Assembly: GCF_018350175.1 (NCBI RefSeq)
Contig: NC_058368.1
Coordinates: 76,634,001-76,698,000, forward strand
DNA: 64,000 bases
Origin: Felis catus
Lineage: Eukaryota
Direction of reading: 5' to 3'
The translations under genes and the position numbers were made by a program. How positions within the stretch are numbered: position 1 is the stretch's first letter; every line of letters starts with the position of its first letter. Shown here in pieces: positions 48,329 through 61,029 of this stretch. The notes under the pieces were generated by a model. The model searched no databases and was not told where the DNA came from. It saw only the letters and a program-made list of their open reading frames with translations.

Positions 48329-49012
48329 CTGTCTGTCTATCTATCTATCCACCTATCTTCTTCATATCTATCATCTATCATCTATCTTTCTATCTATCTA
48401 CCTATATTTCTATCTATCCACTTGTCTATCATCTTTCTATCATCTGTCTTTCTATCTATCATCTATCCACCTATCTGTCTTCTTTGTATCTATCATCTAT
48501 CTTTCTATCATCTGTCTATTTATCTATCATCTCTTTCTATTTATCTATCTACCTATCATCTATCTATCTTTCTATCATCTATCTATCTATCTTTCTATCT
48601 ATCCATCTATCGATCTATCATCTATCTTTCTATCTCTCTATATATCTGTCTATCCACCTGTCCATCTATCTATCATCTATCTTTCTATCATATTTCTATC
48701 ATCTTTTTATCTATCTTTCTATCTATCCATCTATCGATCTATCATCTATCTCTCTATCTCTCTATATATCTATCTATACACCTGTCCATCTATCTATCAT
48801 CTATCTTTCTATCATCTTTCTATCATCTTTTTATCTATCTTTCTATCTATCCATCTATCGATCTATCATCTATCTCTCTATCTATCTCTCTATATATCTA
48901 TCTATACACCTGTCCATCTATCTATCATCTATCTTTCTATCTTTCTTTCTATCTATTTCTTTCTTTTCTATCTTTCCACCTATCTATCTATCTATCTATC
49001 TACCTACCTAGC
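48329..49012. repeat. Compound (TATC)n/GATA satellite with 124-bp higher-order unit
   Basis: About 680 bp; the marker ctatcgatct recurs with its CG at 48611, 48735 and 48859. Confidence 0.97.
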
Positions 49013-49044
49013 TAGGTATAGTTATGTTAAAAATGCATAATTTT

Positions 49045-49249
49045 GGGGGCGCCTGGGTGGTGCAGTCGGTTGGGCGTCCGACTTCAGCCAGGTCACGATC
49101 TCGCGGTCCGTGAGTTCGAGCCCCGCGTCAGGCTCTGGGCTAATGGCTCAGAGCCTGGAGCCTGTTTCTGATTCTGTGTCTCCCTCTCTCTCTGCCCCTC
49201 CCCCGTTCATGCTCTGTCTCTCTCTGTCCCAAAAATAAATAAAAGTTGA
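49045..49249 (+). mobile_element. Can-SINE, young feline subfamily
   Basis: Perfect 16-bp TSD aaaaatgcataatttt. Confidence 0.98.
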
Positions 49250-50419
49250 AAAAATGCATAATTTTTATATAATTTTTATAAAAATACATCTAAAAATGAC
49301 CATCAATTCTGTATCAAAAATAAGTCACCTTTAAAAAGTGAATGGAAAAACTGAGAAAAATATTTACAACACATCTGACAATAGCTAATTTTCTTGAGAT
49401 TATGAAACCTTACAAGTCAATGGGGAAAGGGTGCCTTATCTATTTTTAATTGGGCAAGGGATATAGAATCATTTCACAGAGGACAAAACAGAAGTGGCCA
49501 TTAATCATGTGCGAAGCTAATCAAACTCACAAATAATTAAATTCAAATAACAATAAGATGCCATTTTTCAACTCTCTAATTGGCAGTGGTTGAAAGATTA
49601 ATAATTCCCGGTGTTGGCAAGAATATGAGAAAACAAGTTCTGTCGCACGTTGCTAACAGGGGTGCAAAAATCCGCTAGTGTTTTAGAAGGAAAAACTGCA
49701 ATCTCTCTTAAAATGCTGGATGTTCATGTTCTTTAACAATTTCACTTCTGAGAATGGATCCCATTGAAAAACCCACACAAATATGTGAAAAACTATGGAC
49801 ATTCTTTGCAACATGCTTTGTAGTGGTGAAAACATTAGGAACAATTTGACTTTTTCTCAGTAAAGGACCATTCAGCATTCTCACACCAAATGACACTCAA
49901 AACATATCGCTAAGTTTAAAAAAGAGAGTTGCCAAACTAGATATACTACTCTATGACACCGTTTTCGTTAAGAAGTGATGTACATGTTTGGGTGTATGTG
50001 CCTACACAACATACATAGATACAAGTCCGGAGCAATGTACATCAAACTCTTAACAGTGGTTTCTGAACGCTAAAAGTGAGGAAGGCATTCCAGGACAATC
50101 TTGGGGTGCCGAAATAAACAGCAGGGACTGGACTGGAAGAACCACGTCAGGGCAGTAAAACAAAACAGACCAGGACAAGGCACCACCCTAGTAAAGCTAA
50201 GTAAACACAAAGAGACCAAAGCCCCCAGTATCCGCCCCTCACGCTGTGGCCCCCCAACCTCACTACCACCCCCACCTTTCTCCGTGTGCCCTGTCCTGAT
50301 GTTCCCTGAAAGGCTGAGCCTGCAGACTTCCTGTCAGCTTCGGGAAATAGGAGGCACTTGTGGGAAATTGGAGAGCGAGACCAGAGAGGTCAGGGTGTTT
50401 GGTCCCCACTTCCTTCCCG

Positions 50420-51031
50420 TTTGACTCTGTGTCTCATCAAATAACAACAACAACAAAATTGGACTTAGTAAGGAGAGATTTTATTCGGAAGAATTACTGT
50501 GGGGGGCTGGGGGCAAGGACTACAGAAAGGGGGAGAATGTCGTGACCATAACACCTGCAAGCATCTCCAGAGTGAGGCAAACAGGGGTTTTCTTTCCTAC
50601 AGAGGAGTAAACAAGGATGGAAAGATCCAGGTGTGGGGGACTGAATGAAAGGGGGAGCATGATGGGATAGTACCTCAGAGAATGACTCTGAGGTCAACCT
50701 GTTCTCAGGAGGGGTGGTCTACGGGCTCAGGCTGAGGGTGGGCCAAAGTTCCGGCACCTGGGGGCAAGAGAGAAGCTCATCCAAAGTTTGATTAACCAGC
50801 ATTTTGTTCCCACCTCTCAGTGGGAATGAGTAGCTCACCTAATCATTTATGAGGCCAACAAAGGGAGTGGAGAGGGTCTGAGCCCTAAGCGGACAAAGGA
50901 GACCTCCCTGAGTCCCATCTCTTCACATGGAGAAGGGCAGTTCAATGCAGGAAACCATTTCCCACAACACGAATGGTGGGAAATCACCTTCCCTGTGGGC
51001 CAGCATCGCAGGGCCCGGGTGAAGTTCAAGA
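50420..51031 (-). mobile_element. ERV1-class solo LTR (MER31/MER67-like, family uncertain)
   Basis: aaattggacttagtaaggagagattttatt (minus-strand AATAAA)...ggggttttctttc...gaggagtaaacaagg...ggtgaagttcaa. Confidence 0.6.
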
Positions 51032-52656
51032 TGGCGGGCGTCTAGCAGCCCCCGAATCTCCACCAGGAGAGCTGGGTCAGGGGGCCCCACCCCAGGTGAC
51101 ACCTCCAGGTCACCGAGCATCAGTGACACACTTCCTCACGTTGCCTCCTTGGCCCTAGAGATTGGGAGGCGTCCCACGGAAGCTGGTCTCTGGGTCCCTA
51201 ACATCCCTGTCGGCTCCCTTACCTCACCTCTATAACCACCCTTCATGAAGACCTCCTCATTGGTTCTGGGTTTCATCCCGTGTCCTGCTGCAGCCCTCGG
51301 GGTTTGTAATAACCATTTGCATAATTGACGCTGCTCCCCATCTTTCGCCACAAAGTTTCTTGCGGGGAGGGCAACAGGTTACAGGAAAAACAAGGTCGAA
51401 GTTGAGGTGCCAACATAGAGAAGGGATCAAACCTGAACGAACCCTGTGTCGCGTATTGTGGAAAACTCCCTAAAACATCATGACTGGGTGTATCAGGGTT
51501 GACACATTGCGAAACGGTCCTAATTAGCGTTCTGCTTAAATGCAACACTTAATCCTGAGTTCATCATATCAGAAAGCGTTTATGAGGTGCCCGTAGGAGC
51601 CACTCATAATCAGAAGCGTAAAAATAAATGCATTAATAGGGCCAGGGCCTTAGGAGTCCCTCAGTCCATGATAAGGTTTACCGTCGCTGTTCAAGGCATC
51701 ACCCCACTCCAGGACAACACGGACAGAGGGGAGAAATTGGGAGCCACATTCACTTAGTTAATTTGTCTCCCTCTCCTTTCCTCTCTATCAGCTGAGGGAT
51801 CCAAGCCTAGCTGTTCACAGGGAAAGTGTGGAAATAAATGAATTTGGAAATTCATTCTCCGCGTAATGGCCTGACGAGGCGATCAGTTTCTGAAACGCTT
51901 CAACTTGGAACACCAAGAGCTGGGTACCTCCTCCTTCGTTCCCTCTGCATCCCCTTGGGAGCAAACCCCCACCTCCATTTAAGCCAAGGGTGTCTTGGGT
52001 GACATACATTGGGGTCTTCCCTTCTCTGGGGCAAAAAAAGAAGGGCTCATCGGAAGATCTTTAGTCATCACCACCCTTCCATAGCTACAGATGCAAAGCT
52101 CAACATCTGAATGGAAAGTATGCTGGTGGAAATTCCTACCCAGCATTCGGGAGCACTTCAACCCCAGGATAGAGGGCGGCAAGGGGCACCATGCAGGAAG
52201 CACGTCCTCAGGTGCAATGCCCTGTACCTTATGTTGTGATTAAGACAAGCCAAGGTGCGGCACTGACATGTAACAGAATTACAAGCCTAGTTACACAGCC
52301 AGCAGTCACATTTACAGAACCATCTCGGCGAAGGCTTGTGTGGTGTTTTTGGATGGACACGGCAGCCATAAGCCAACGAGAATTACCAACACTTAGCAGA
52401 TGCAAAACAGTTAGACAACAAAACCCCAGGGACCTACATGTGGCAAGACACTTCACGAAGCTTAAAAATGAGACAGGTTTGTGGCCTTGGAACACACAGC
52501 CTCCTGCAGACTAGATTCCCAAACAGTCTTGGAAAGCGTTTGCATTCAAAGGGAGCACAGATTCACATCTCTCCACTTGGCTGGGTGTTTGAATGCCACA
52601 GGGGATAGGAATAGAATAGCAGAGCGATCGAAAGTCAGTTTATTAAGGCTCAAAGT

Positions 52657-52874
52657 TTTTTTTTAATTTTTTTTAAGTTTTTATTTATTTTGAGAGAGAC
52701 AGAGAGCACAAGTGAGGGAGGGGCAGAGAGAAAGGGAGAGAGAGAGAATCCCAAGCGGGCTCTACCCGTCGGCACGGAGCCTCGTGTGGGGCCCAAGCTC
52801 ACTGACAGTGAGGTCGTGACCTGAGCCGCAATCAGGAGCTGGACACTTAACCAACTGAGCCACCCAGGCGCCCC
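52657..52874 (-). mobile_element. Can-SINE
   Basis: Antisense full-length copy. Confidence 0.95.
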
Positions 52875-53015
52875 AGGAGTTTTTGAATCTTACAAACGGA
52901 CTTAAATCGTTGAAAACAAGGCAGACGGTGGTGTTTGCTTTGACACAAACAAGAAATTAGCGTGACATCGGAAAAAGAGAAGCACAGACCTATCTGTCCA
53001 AACTCTGAAAGCTTT

Positions 53016-53238
53016 TTTTTTTAATTTTTTTTTTAACGTTTTATTTATTTTTGAGACAGAGAGAGACAGAGCATGAACGGGGGAGGCGCAGAGAGACAGA
53101 GAGACATAGAAGCCGAAGCAAGCTCCAGGCTCTGAGCTGTCAGCCCAGAGCCCGACGCGGGGCTCGAACTCACAGGCCGCGAGATCGTGACCTGAGCTGA
53201 AGTCGGACGCTTAACCGACTGAGCCACCCAGGCGCCCC
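53016..53238 (-). mobile_element. Can-SINE
   Basis: TSD tctgaaagcttt. Confidence 0.97.
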
Positions 53239-53955
53239 TCTGAAAGCTTTGATAATCTTAAATTACGTGTTTCAAGAAATGCCCTCCTACCCAACGTGCC
53301 ATCGACATGTGATCTTCCCTGATCCCCCTTTCTTGGTCGAAACCGAGGACCTATTTTATCAGGTTGAACTGTCCATGGATTATTTGGCGGGTTCATGGTG
53401 AGACAGCCTCCCCATTTGCAAATACACGAAAGCAGCCTGGAAGAGCGGGATTATATATCAGGGGCAGGGGCTGAGGCCCTGTGAGTGAGCTCAGTGTTGA
53501 AGCATCAACTTGCAAACGATGGAACTGGGGTGCTGAAACTACACACAGGACCCGTCACCTCACCTGAGACACGGGCTGTTCGAGTTATCTGTAGGGTTAC
53601 CTCCAGGGGGACTGACACAGGGAAGCAAACACGGGGCACAATCCCCCCAGTGCCATCTAAGAGCTGCTTTGATACCCATGCAATGAGAGAAGAGGTTTTT
53701 AGTTAACGCCAGATTCACGAGGCAATTATGCCATAAATTATGTATAATTTTCTTCAAGTATTTGTACACGATTTAGCTCTTAAAAACTGCTCTGGAGTTC
53801 TGTGTGGCTCATACCAGATGGTTTCAGTTCTGCTCAACTAATCCCTTTGTTTTTCTTATAAACTTGAAGTAAAAAGAACGTAGCTGAATGTTACAACAAA
53901 AAGTTGCCTCAATTTCTGGGACCGTCCTGGGATCCAGATTAAAAAGACAAAGCAT

Positions 53956-54177
53956 GGGGCGCCTGGGTGGCTCAGTCGGTTGGGCGTCCGACTCCAGCTC
54001 AGGTCACGATTTCACAGTTCGTGAGTTCAAGCCCCACATAGGGCTCTGTACTGACAGCTCGGAGCCTGGTTCCCACTTCGGATTCTGTGTCTCCCTCTAT
54101 CTCTCTGCCCACCCCCCACCCCCCGCCGCCTCTAACTCTCTCTCTCTCTCTCAAAGATAAACATTAAAAAAAAAAAA
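53956..54177 (+). mobile_element. Can-SINE
   Basis: Full head, CT region, A tail. Confidence 0.96.
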
Positions 54178-54483
54178 TCAAGCCCCAACCCAGAAAAAAT
54201 GGGGTTGTATTTGGGACTGTCCCTATTTATGACCAACACATCTTTTATCAGCACACAGAACTTCAGGGAAGAAGAAACCGAATCCAACTTATGTATATGT
54301 TCTTTACAAGGATATAATGAATATTCAAGACATTAACACTACCACACAGTCATGAATTTCTTTCAGCTATTTAATTTTGGGTATTACCTCCAAAGTTCAG
54401 ATCCGTAAATAGCCACGAAGTGGAGAAAACTGAAATAGAATTCATAGCCATAGTATCAATCGTGTATGACTAGGAATCAGGCA

Positions 54484-54705
54484 GGGGGCAACTGGGCGGC
54501 TCAGTCATTTAAACGTTCGACTCTTGATTTCAGCTCCGGTCATGATCCCAGGGTCGTGGGATGGAGCCCCAAGTCTGTCTCTGCCCTGCGGGTGGAGCCT
54601 GCTTAAGATTCTCTCTCTCTCCCTCTGCCCCTGCCCCCTGCTCCTGGTCTCTATCTCCAAAATAAAACAATAAAAAAATAAAATAAATTTTTTTTTCAAA
54701 AAAAA
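54484..54705 (+). mobile_element. Can-SINE (older, short-type)
   Basis: ggctcagtcatttaaacgttcgactcttgatttcagctc...ggagcctgcttaagattctctc. Confidence 0.93.
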
Positions 54706-55920
54706 CTGGGCAAAACAATGGCTTTTGGCAAACTTCTGAATCCATCAGTCTGAGGGATGTGATCATTGCATATGTTCATTTCATGAAAAAATAGGACCGC
54801 TAATCAGAAAAACTCGTGCTAAACTGTTAAGGCCAGGGCAGTGTTGTTCCTCACTACAGAATTTTTTTCCTGTCTTAAACGATGAATGTGTCCAACACTC
54901 CCGTCAACCAAGACTGTGTTATTTCATAAATGGGAGAAGGAAATTATTCATATGACCTGACATCAACCTCACCGGAGAATGTCACTCTTTTAACAATGAT
55001 GGAAGTATATTTGATTCCTGGCCTTGCATCAGGCCATGTCTTCATACAAATGCATGAAGAGTGTATCATTTGAAAATAGTTCTGATGCATTGAACTTAAT
55101 GATCTAATCGCACTTTTGTCATTATTATGAAGAACTAACACGTGTCAGGTAATGGAATTAAATTCAAATAGAAACGCTCATATATTTAATGGCCAATTTG
55201 GAAGAATACGGTTTTAAAATTCAAAATTCATTTAACAAAGGACTGTTGAGTAATTATGCTCGTGAATATCGCACTTTAATCGGAGAGACACATAAGAGAG
55301 TTTTAAACATTAAAAATTTTAGGAGCACACACTCCAACAAAAGCCATCTGTTTTAACACACCTGCCCACCGTGGGGCTGGTTTCAGTCCCGAACTTCCCG
55401 CTGTTTCACAATATCTTTCCCTCCGCTTTTATCCCGGGAGCAAATCCGTGCAGCTCCCGAGCTGATTGTGGAGCTTTTGTGCTGCCCACCAGGTGCCAAT
55501 TTCCACGCTTTAGGGCGTCCACAGGTAAGCTGATCCCCAGTCCGTCCAAGTCCTACTTCCTCCTTCGCGTCCCTTCTCACCCCACACGCAAGCTTTGTTA
55601 AGATGGGGAGTCTCTGCCTCGTGGAAGGGGAGCGGGGTAAGTGAAAAGGGATACACTTTCATGCTTCAAGGTCACCAAAGGTCAGCTTTAGTGACTCTCC
55701 AGAGCCAACTGGTGAACTATCAGGGATTTTGCAGTCAGGCTGTCCAACCATTGCTACCTCGAAATTGGCCATGGCGGGACTTTTTAGAGTATTTCCCCCC
55801 ATGGAAATCAGCGAGCCCTACCATCAGCTACAACCGGGGGAGGGGAGAGGAGCCCCTTGTGACACCCTGACCAGCACACCCCTATGCTGAAGAAACAGCA
55901 ATTACTTTAGGGTTGGGAGA

Positions 55921-56051
55921 GAGACAATCCCAAGCAGGCTTCATGCTCGGCAGGGTCCCCGACGCGAGGCTCGCTCCCACAACCCTGGGATCACGACCTG
56001 AGCTGACATCAAGAGTAGGATGGTCAACCAACTGAGCCACCCAGGGGCCCC
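55921..56051 (-). mobile_element. Tail-less Can-SINE
   Basis: Head through ggattgtctc only; flanked by gggttgggaga on both sides. Confidence 0.92.
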
Positions 56052-56517
56052 GGGTTGGGAGAAATCTTAAATGTTCTCTAGTCTTATCCGCCAGGCACAC
56101 GCGTCTGTGTTATAATCAACCCAAAATGGCTGTCCTGCCTATGCCTGAATACTTACTTCCAGGGACAGAAAATACAAAACCTCAGGCCATTCATGGTTTG
56201 AAAGCTCTTATTCTTAGGAAGTACTTCCTTATTGTTAATGGAAAATTCCCTTTGCCTCCCCCCATCCGTTCTTGTACCCATAGAAAACTTTAGAATGGTA
56301 GCAGCTGTCCAGGTTTTACTAAGCCCGGAGTCTTAGGAGACCCCCGGGAACACAATAAACCCTAAATGCATGTGTCCCAACCGCACGTCTTGCCTTTACC
56401 TGCATATGCCATCCGCCCTGCAAACATAGTCAGCAGTCAATGGTATCGCTGAACTATACCCTGGACATATGAAGAGGAGTAAGATAGCTCCCGGTCTTTA
56501 GAAGCTCACAGCCCTAG

Positions 56518-56925
56518 ACCCCTACTACTTAAAGTGTGGGGCGCAGACCAGCAGGTGCAGCACTGTTAGAAACGCAGAGTCCTGGGGCGCCTGGGTGGCT
56601 CAGTTGGTAGAGCATCCAACGTCAGCTCCGGTCACGATCTCATGTTCGTGGGTTCGATCCCCGCGTCGGGCTCTGTGCTGACAGCTCAGAGCCTGGAGCC
56701 TGCTTCGGATTCTGTCCTCTCTCTCTGTCCCTCCCCTGCTCATGTTCTGTCTCTCTGTGTCTCTCAAAAAAAAAAAAAAAAAAAAACTTTAAAAAATAAA
56801 TAAGTAAAAAAGAAACGCAGAGTCCCAGGTCTCCAGCAGACCTCCACACCAACAGAAGCAGCACTGACATTTTAATAAGATTTCCCAGTGATCCTTTTGC
56901 ATCTTGAATGTTGAGAAGTCTTAGC
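56518..56925. mobile_element. MER5A-like MITE split by a SINE
   Basis: aaagtgtgg...gaccagcag...tgttagaaacgcagagtc [SINE] ccagg...cattttaataagatttcccagtgatcc...ttgagaag. Confidence 0.8.
56584..56810 (+). mobile_element. Can-SINE
   Basis: Perfect 15-bp TSD agaaacgcagagtcc (56568-56582, 56811-56825). Confidence 0.97.
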
Positions 56926-57533
56926 CTGGGCAGAACTGAACACTCTACCTCTTCTAAAGCGAGGTGCTTCATTATTTATATTTTAATGAGGTCTTTTTCT
57001 CCCTGGCCCTGGAGCCTGTGGTCTCCGTCGATATAATTCTCTTCCTGTTCTGAAGATGGTTTTTAAAAGGTAGCAACGTGGTCCCGCAAAAGCCCCACCT
57101 CAGTTCACATCGTGGGTCAGAGTTCATGGATACTTTTTAATGATGATCATGAAAGGCTCCCAGAGTGCTAGGATTCCAATGTGGATCGTGTCGTGTTTTT
57201 CTAGCTGGGTTTGATTGCCCATGTGTTTCTCTGCAGTCAGCGCTCAGAGGTCACAGCTCAGCTCTCCTTGGAGGATGTCCTGCAGGGAAGGACGCTGCAA
57301 ATGGGAGGATTCTCTCCTTCATCACAGACACTGTCAGCACTTGCTCAAGGGAAACACAGCAAGACCTCTTCCAGAGTCAAGAAGGAGACGGATTTTCTTT
57401 TTCTCTCCCTTCGAGGTACAAGACGTATTTATCTCGTTTTTGAAAAGAAAGGGCCTTTGACCTGAGAGTTCACCCCTTAAGAGGTCAGAAGTCTTTTTGG
57501 GCCGTGATGGTTTACTTAATACTGAAACAAGGA

Positions 57534-57752
57534 GAGGCCCCTGGGTGGCTCAGTCGGTGAAGTGTCCGACTTCGGCTCAGGTCATGATCTCACGGTTCGT
57601 GGGTTTGAGCCCCGCGTCGGGCTCTGTGCTGACAGCTCGGAGCCTGGAGCCTCCTTCGGATTCTGTGTCTCCCTCTCTCTCTGCCCCTGCCCTGCTCTCT
57701 CTCTCTCTCTCTCTCTCTTTCAAAAATAAATAAGAATTAAAAAAAATTTTTT
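57534..57752 (+). mobile_element. Can-SINE
   Basis: TSD ttaata(c/g)tgaaacaagga. Confidence 0.97.
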
Positions 57753-58276
57753 TTAATAGTGAAACAAGGAAATAGAAGCAAAACAACATCCACAATAAAT
57801 ACACACTGGAAGCCAGACAGGGTTAGAGGTGACGTTTTAACGTGCGGCCTTTCAGGACACGTTAGATGCCCAGGTTTGCTCGCAAACTGAAGACATCACA
57901 AGGAACCACCCTTGGGTATACACACAGAGCTGCACAAAGCAGGTCTGCTTCCAAACATCTTGAATATACACACAGGGTAAAAACCAATAATACCCATGCC
58001 AATCACACACACGCTCGCTCTTCTAAGAAGGCATTTTTGTTGCTAGGGTAACACGATACATGGTAATTAAATTATTCCCCCAAAGTAAGAACAACATCAC
58101 AACATTTTTTCATAAGAAATCGTCAGAAAAGAAGGCGCTCTAAGCGACTGACTTTTAGCTACCTTTCCCTCCCCAAGTACTTTTGGGGGTTGTTTTTATT
58201 CCAGTCGCTTACTTTCTGGACTCCTTGTAATGCCGGCACAAGTTACTAGTGGGAATCCCAAGCCTTTTATTTGCTG

Positions 58277-58623
58277 TGCATTAGTCTGCGTGGGCTGCCT
58301 TGCAAAATGCCACAGACCGGGGGCTTAAACAGAAGGAACGTATTTCCTCACAGTTCTGGAGGCCGGAAGTCCAAGACTGAGGGGCTGGAGGGTGGGCTTA
58401 TCCTGTGTTCTCCCCTTGGCCCGTGGGCGACCGCTCTCCCGCTGCCTTGTCGCACGGCCACCCCTCTGTGCACGTGCACCCGTGGTGTTCCTCTTCCCAT
58501 AAAGACACCAGGTCCAGCCTGGTGGCCGCATTTAACTTAATAACCTCTTCAAAGTCCCTGCTTCTAAATATGGCGACCTTTAGAGGGACTGGGGGCTGGA
58601 GGGACACAATTCAACCCGCAGCA
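58277..58623 (-). mobile_element. MaLR solo LTR (MLT1A-like), CpG-rich
   Basis: tgcattagtctgc...ggcttaaacaga...cctcacagttctggaggccggaagtccaaga...gggacacaattcaacccgcagca. Confidence 0.9.
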
Positions 58624-58639
58624 CTAGGTCAGGCGCATT

Positions 58640-58810
58640 CTCCACGCTCCCCGTGTGGTCACTTCACGCCCCCGCTGCCATGCGAGGCGGACCCAGAGAG
58701 CCTGCATTTTACCGAAAGGAAATGGAGGCCGGGCAGACAACTTGACCCCCTCGTGGGCGGGCCGGAAGTCTGTGCTGGAGGTGACACTCTCAGTCCCCAG
58801 GCCGAGCTGA
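58640..58810 (-). mobile_element. MIR fragment
   Basis: cattttaccgaaaggaaatggaggc...aacttgacc antisense core. Confidence 0.55.
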
Positions 58811-59124
58811 CTTAGCTCTTTATTCAGAGCATCAGCATGTTTGCAAATGACTGTGCTCTGTTTGTGCGGAAGAGAACAGCTACTTGCTCCCATGTTAAAA
58901 CAACTCCAGGATGCTGAGCTTTCGTGGCCTCTCGCCAAAGTGGCTATTGTTTTTCTGTGTCCTCCCTCGATGCGCTCTGTTCTTGCTATTGTCCGTGCAG
59001 GATCCTCTCCGGGATGTGTGGGAGCTGCCTCGTTGTCCCCTGAAGCCAACCATGAACTTGTCTCCCACCCTCCTCCTTCAGTGACATCACGTGGGGAACC
59101 CGGACAGGCCATGGTGGGAGTCTT

Positions 59125-59317
59125 CGATGTTTATTTATTTTTGAAAGAAACAGAGCAGGGGAGGGGCGGAGACAGAGGGAGACGGAGAATCCCAAGCAGG
59201 CTCCATGCTATCTGGCCCAGAGCCTGACGCAGGGCTCGAACCAACGAACTGTGAGATCACGACCTGAGCTGAAATCAAGAGTCCGACACTTACCTGACTG
59301 AGCCTCCCAGGTGCCCC
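59125..59317 (-). mobile_element. Can-SINE
   Basis: Perfect 12-bp TSD ggtgggagtctt. Confidence 0.96.
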
Positions 59318-59485
59318 GGTGGGAGTCTTTACGTAATGGAAATTAGCAAACGCTACAAATGGGGGCTGTTTTTCTGCTAGAAAACAAATTTTGAGCACAG
59401 CATTTCCTATGTGGCACCCAGTGCCATTTCCTCTTACAATTTGCTCATAAAAAATACAATGAATCCTTATCTTGAATGTGTTATT

Positions 59486-59695
59486 GGGGAGACTGGGCGG
59501 CTCGGTCGGTGGGGCAGCTGACTCTTGATTTTGGCTCCGGTCATGATCCCAGCACATGGGATCAAGCCCCGAGTTGGGCTCCATGCTAAGCTTGGAGCCT
59601 GCTTAAGATTCTCTCTCTCTTCTTCTGCCCCTGTCCCCCACTCACGTGCTCTGTCTCTAAAATAAAAAATAATAGTTAAACTCATTTTAAAAAGA
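59486..59695 (+). mobile_element. Can-SINE (older, short-type)
   Basis: gactcttgattttggctccggtcatgatc...ggagcctgcttaagattc; TSD gtgttatt. Confidence 0.93.
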
Positions 59696-59882
59696 AAGTG
59701 TTATTTATTTACTTATTTATTTACTTATTTAATGCATGAACTTTGCGACAACTTGCAATGTTTCTCTTTAGAGATCGTTTTTCTTACCCCCTCTGTTAGC
59801 AAAATATATAAATATCCATGATGCTGCTTCTAAAGTGTTATAATACACATTTTTTAAATGCTATTGAACTGCTGTTTATTAA

Positions 59883-60096
59883 TTTTTTTCAACGTTTTTT
59901 ATTTATTTTTGGGACAGAGAGAGACAGAGCATGAACGGGGGAGGGGGCAGAGAGAGAGGGAGACACAGAATCGGAAACAGGCTCCAGGCTCTGAGCCGTC
60001 AGCCCAGAGCCCGACGTGGGGCTTGAACTCACGGACCGCGAGATCGTGACCTGGCTGAAGTCGGACGCTTAACCGACTGCGCCACCCAGGCGCCCC
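59883..60096 (-). mobile_element. Can-SINE, young feline subfamily
   Basis: Perfect 16-bp TSD aactgctgtttattaa. Confidence 0.98.
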
Positions 60097-61029
60097 AAAC
60101 TGCTGTTTATTAAATAAAGGAAAACCAGAATGTCATTGCTGTACAAGGTTTTCCCGCAAAAATTTACGTGGTGTATAAATATGTATGTACCTATGTACAA
60201 AAATGTGAAACACCCCGAATTCAATTGTCAATTTTTAGTTCCTGTAAAGCTACATCAGTGAATTTATTTCTAAGTCAATGATATCAGAGTTAGCGGTATA
60301 AATTTTGTATCACACAAGAACATACTGACTGGCTGGCTTCCTTCCGCGTGTGGTTATACACATGGATCCCTCTATTAGTAAAGCACATGACTGTCGCTGA
60401 CATTCTTTGGGATAAATGTGCATTGCTAGAGAAAGAACACCAAGCCCCAGTGGATGCGTTCCGGGAGGACACTGGGCCACAGGACCTCAAGCTTCCCTTT
60501 GGCATCAGTGGGCTAAAGTTTTAAAACGTTTGTTTAAACAGACTGTCCCTCCAGTTCTCATTATCACACCAAAGTCCCCACCCCTTCCTTACCCTCTGTC
60601 CTGTGGGACTTGGCTGCTCTCAAGTTCCTCCAGGGGAGATGAACCTGGCCTGGGATGCCTCCTCACCCCAGCCACCAACTCCATGCACACCCCCCTGTGA
60701 GTTGCCATGGCCAGCAGCCCCCCACGGAGGAACCCAGCTGCCCTCAGGTGGCCCGCACACTTCATCAACACACATTGGATTCAAAGCCATCATATGCAGT
60801 GAAGCTACCCCTCTAATCACGACGCCTGAAATGAAAAACTGAACACAAACATCCGATTTTGTAAGAAGAAGGACAGAATTTCCAACTCTTTCGCTACCCA
60901 ACGGCCTGATAGGCAGGTAAGAGGCCACTTTCTGTCTCTGCGACCTTCAGGGACTGCACCGGCTGGCGCATTTCCTGAGGAACGCCTCCCTGCTGGGCCC
61001 TGGGACAAGGACTCATCACCTCGCTTGGT

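Larger units (their letters stand above)
48170..50080 (+). mobile_element. Old L1 (L1ME-like) ORF2 end and 3' UTR, interrupted by the TATC array and a SINE
   Basis: aaaatccaggtgga...; aattgggcaagggatat...atttcacagagga...aagatgccattttt...gtgttggcaaga...caatttcacttctgagaat. Confidence 0.8.

Noticed and set aside
48422..49015. 197-aa and 175-aa ORFs
   Set aside because: Translations of the TATC satellite (S/I/Y/L low complexity), not genes.
53900..54225. Possible hAT-Blackjack fragment (gggaccgtcc, gggactgtcc) around a SINE
   Set aside because: Too degenerate to support by eye.
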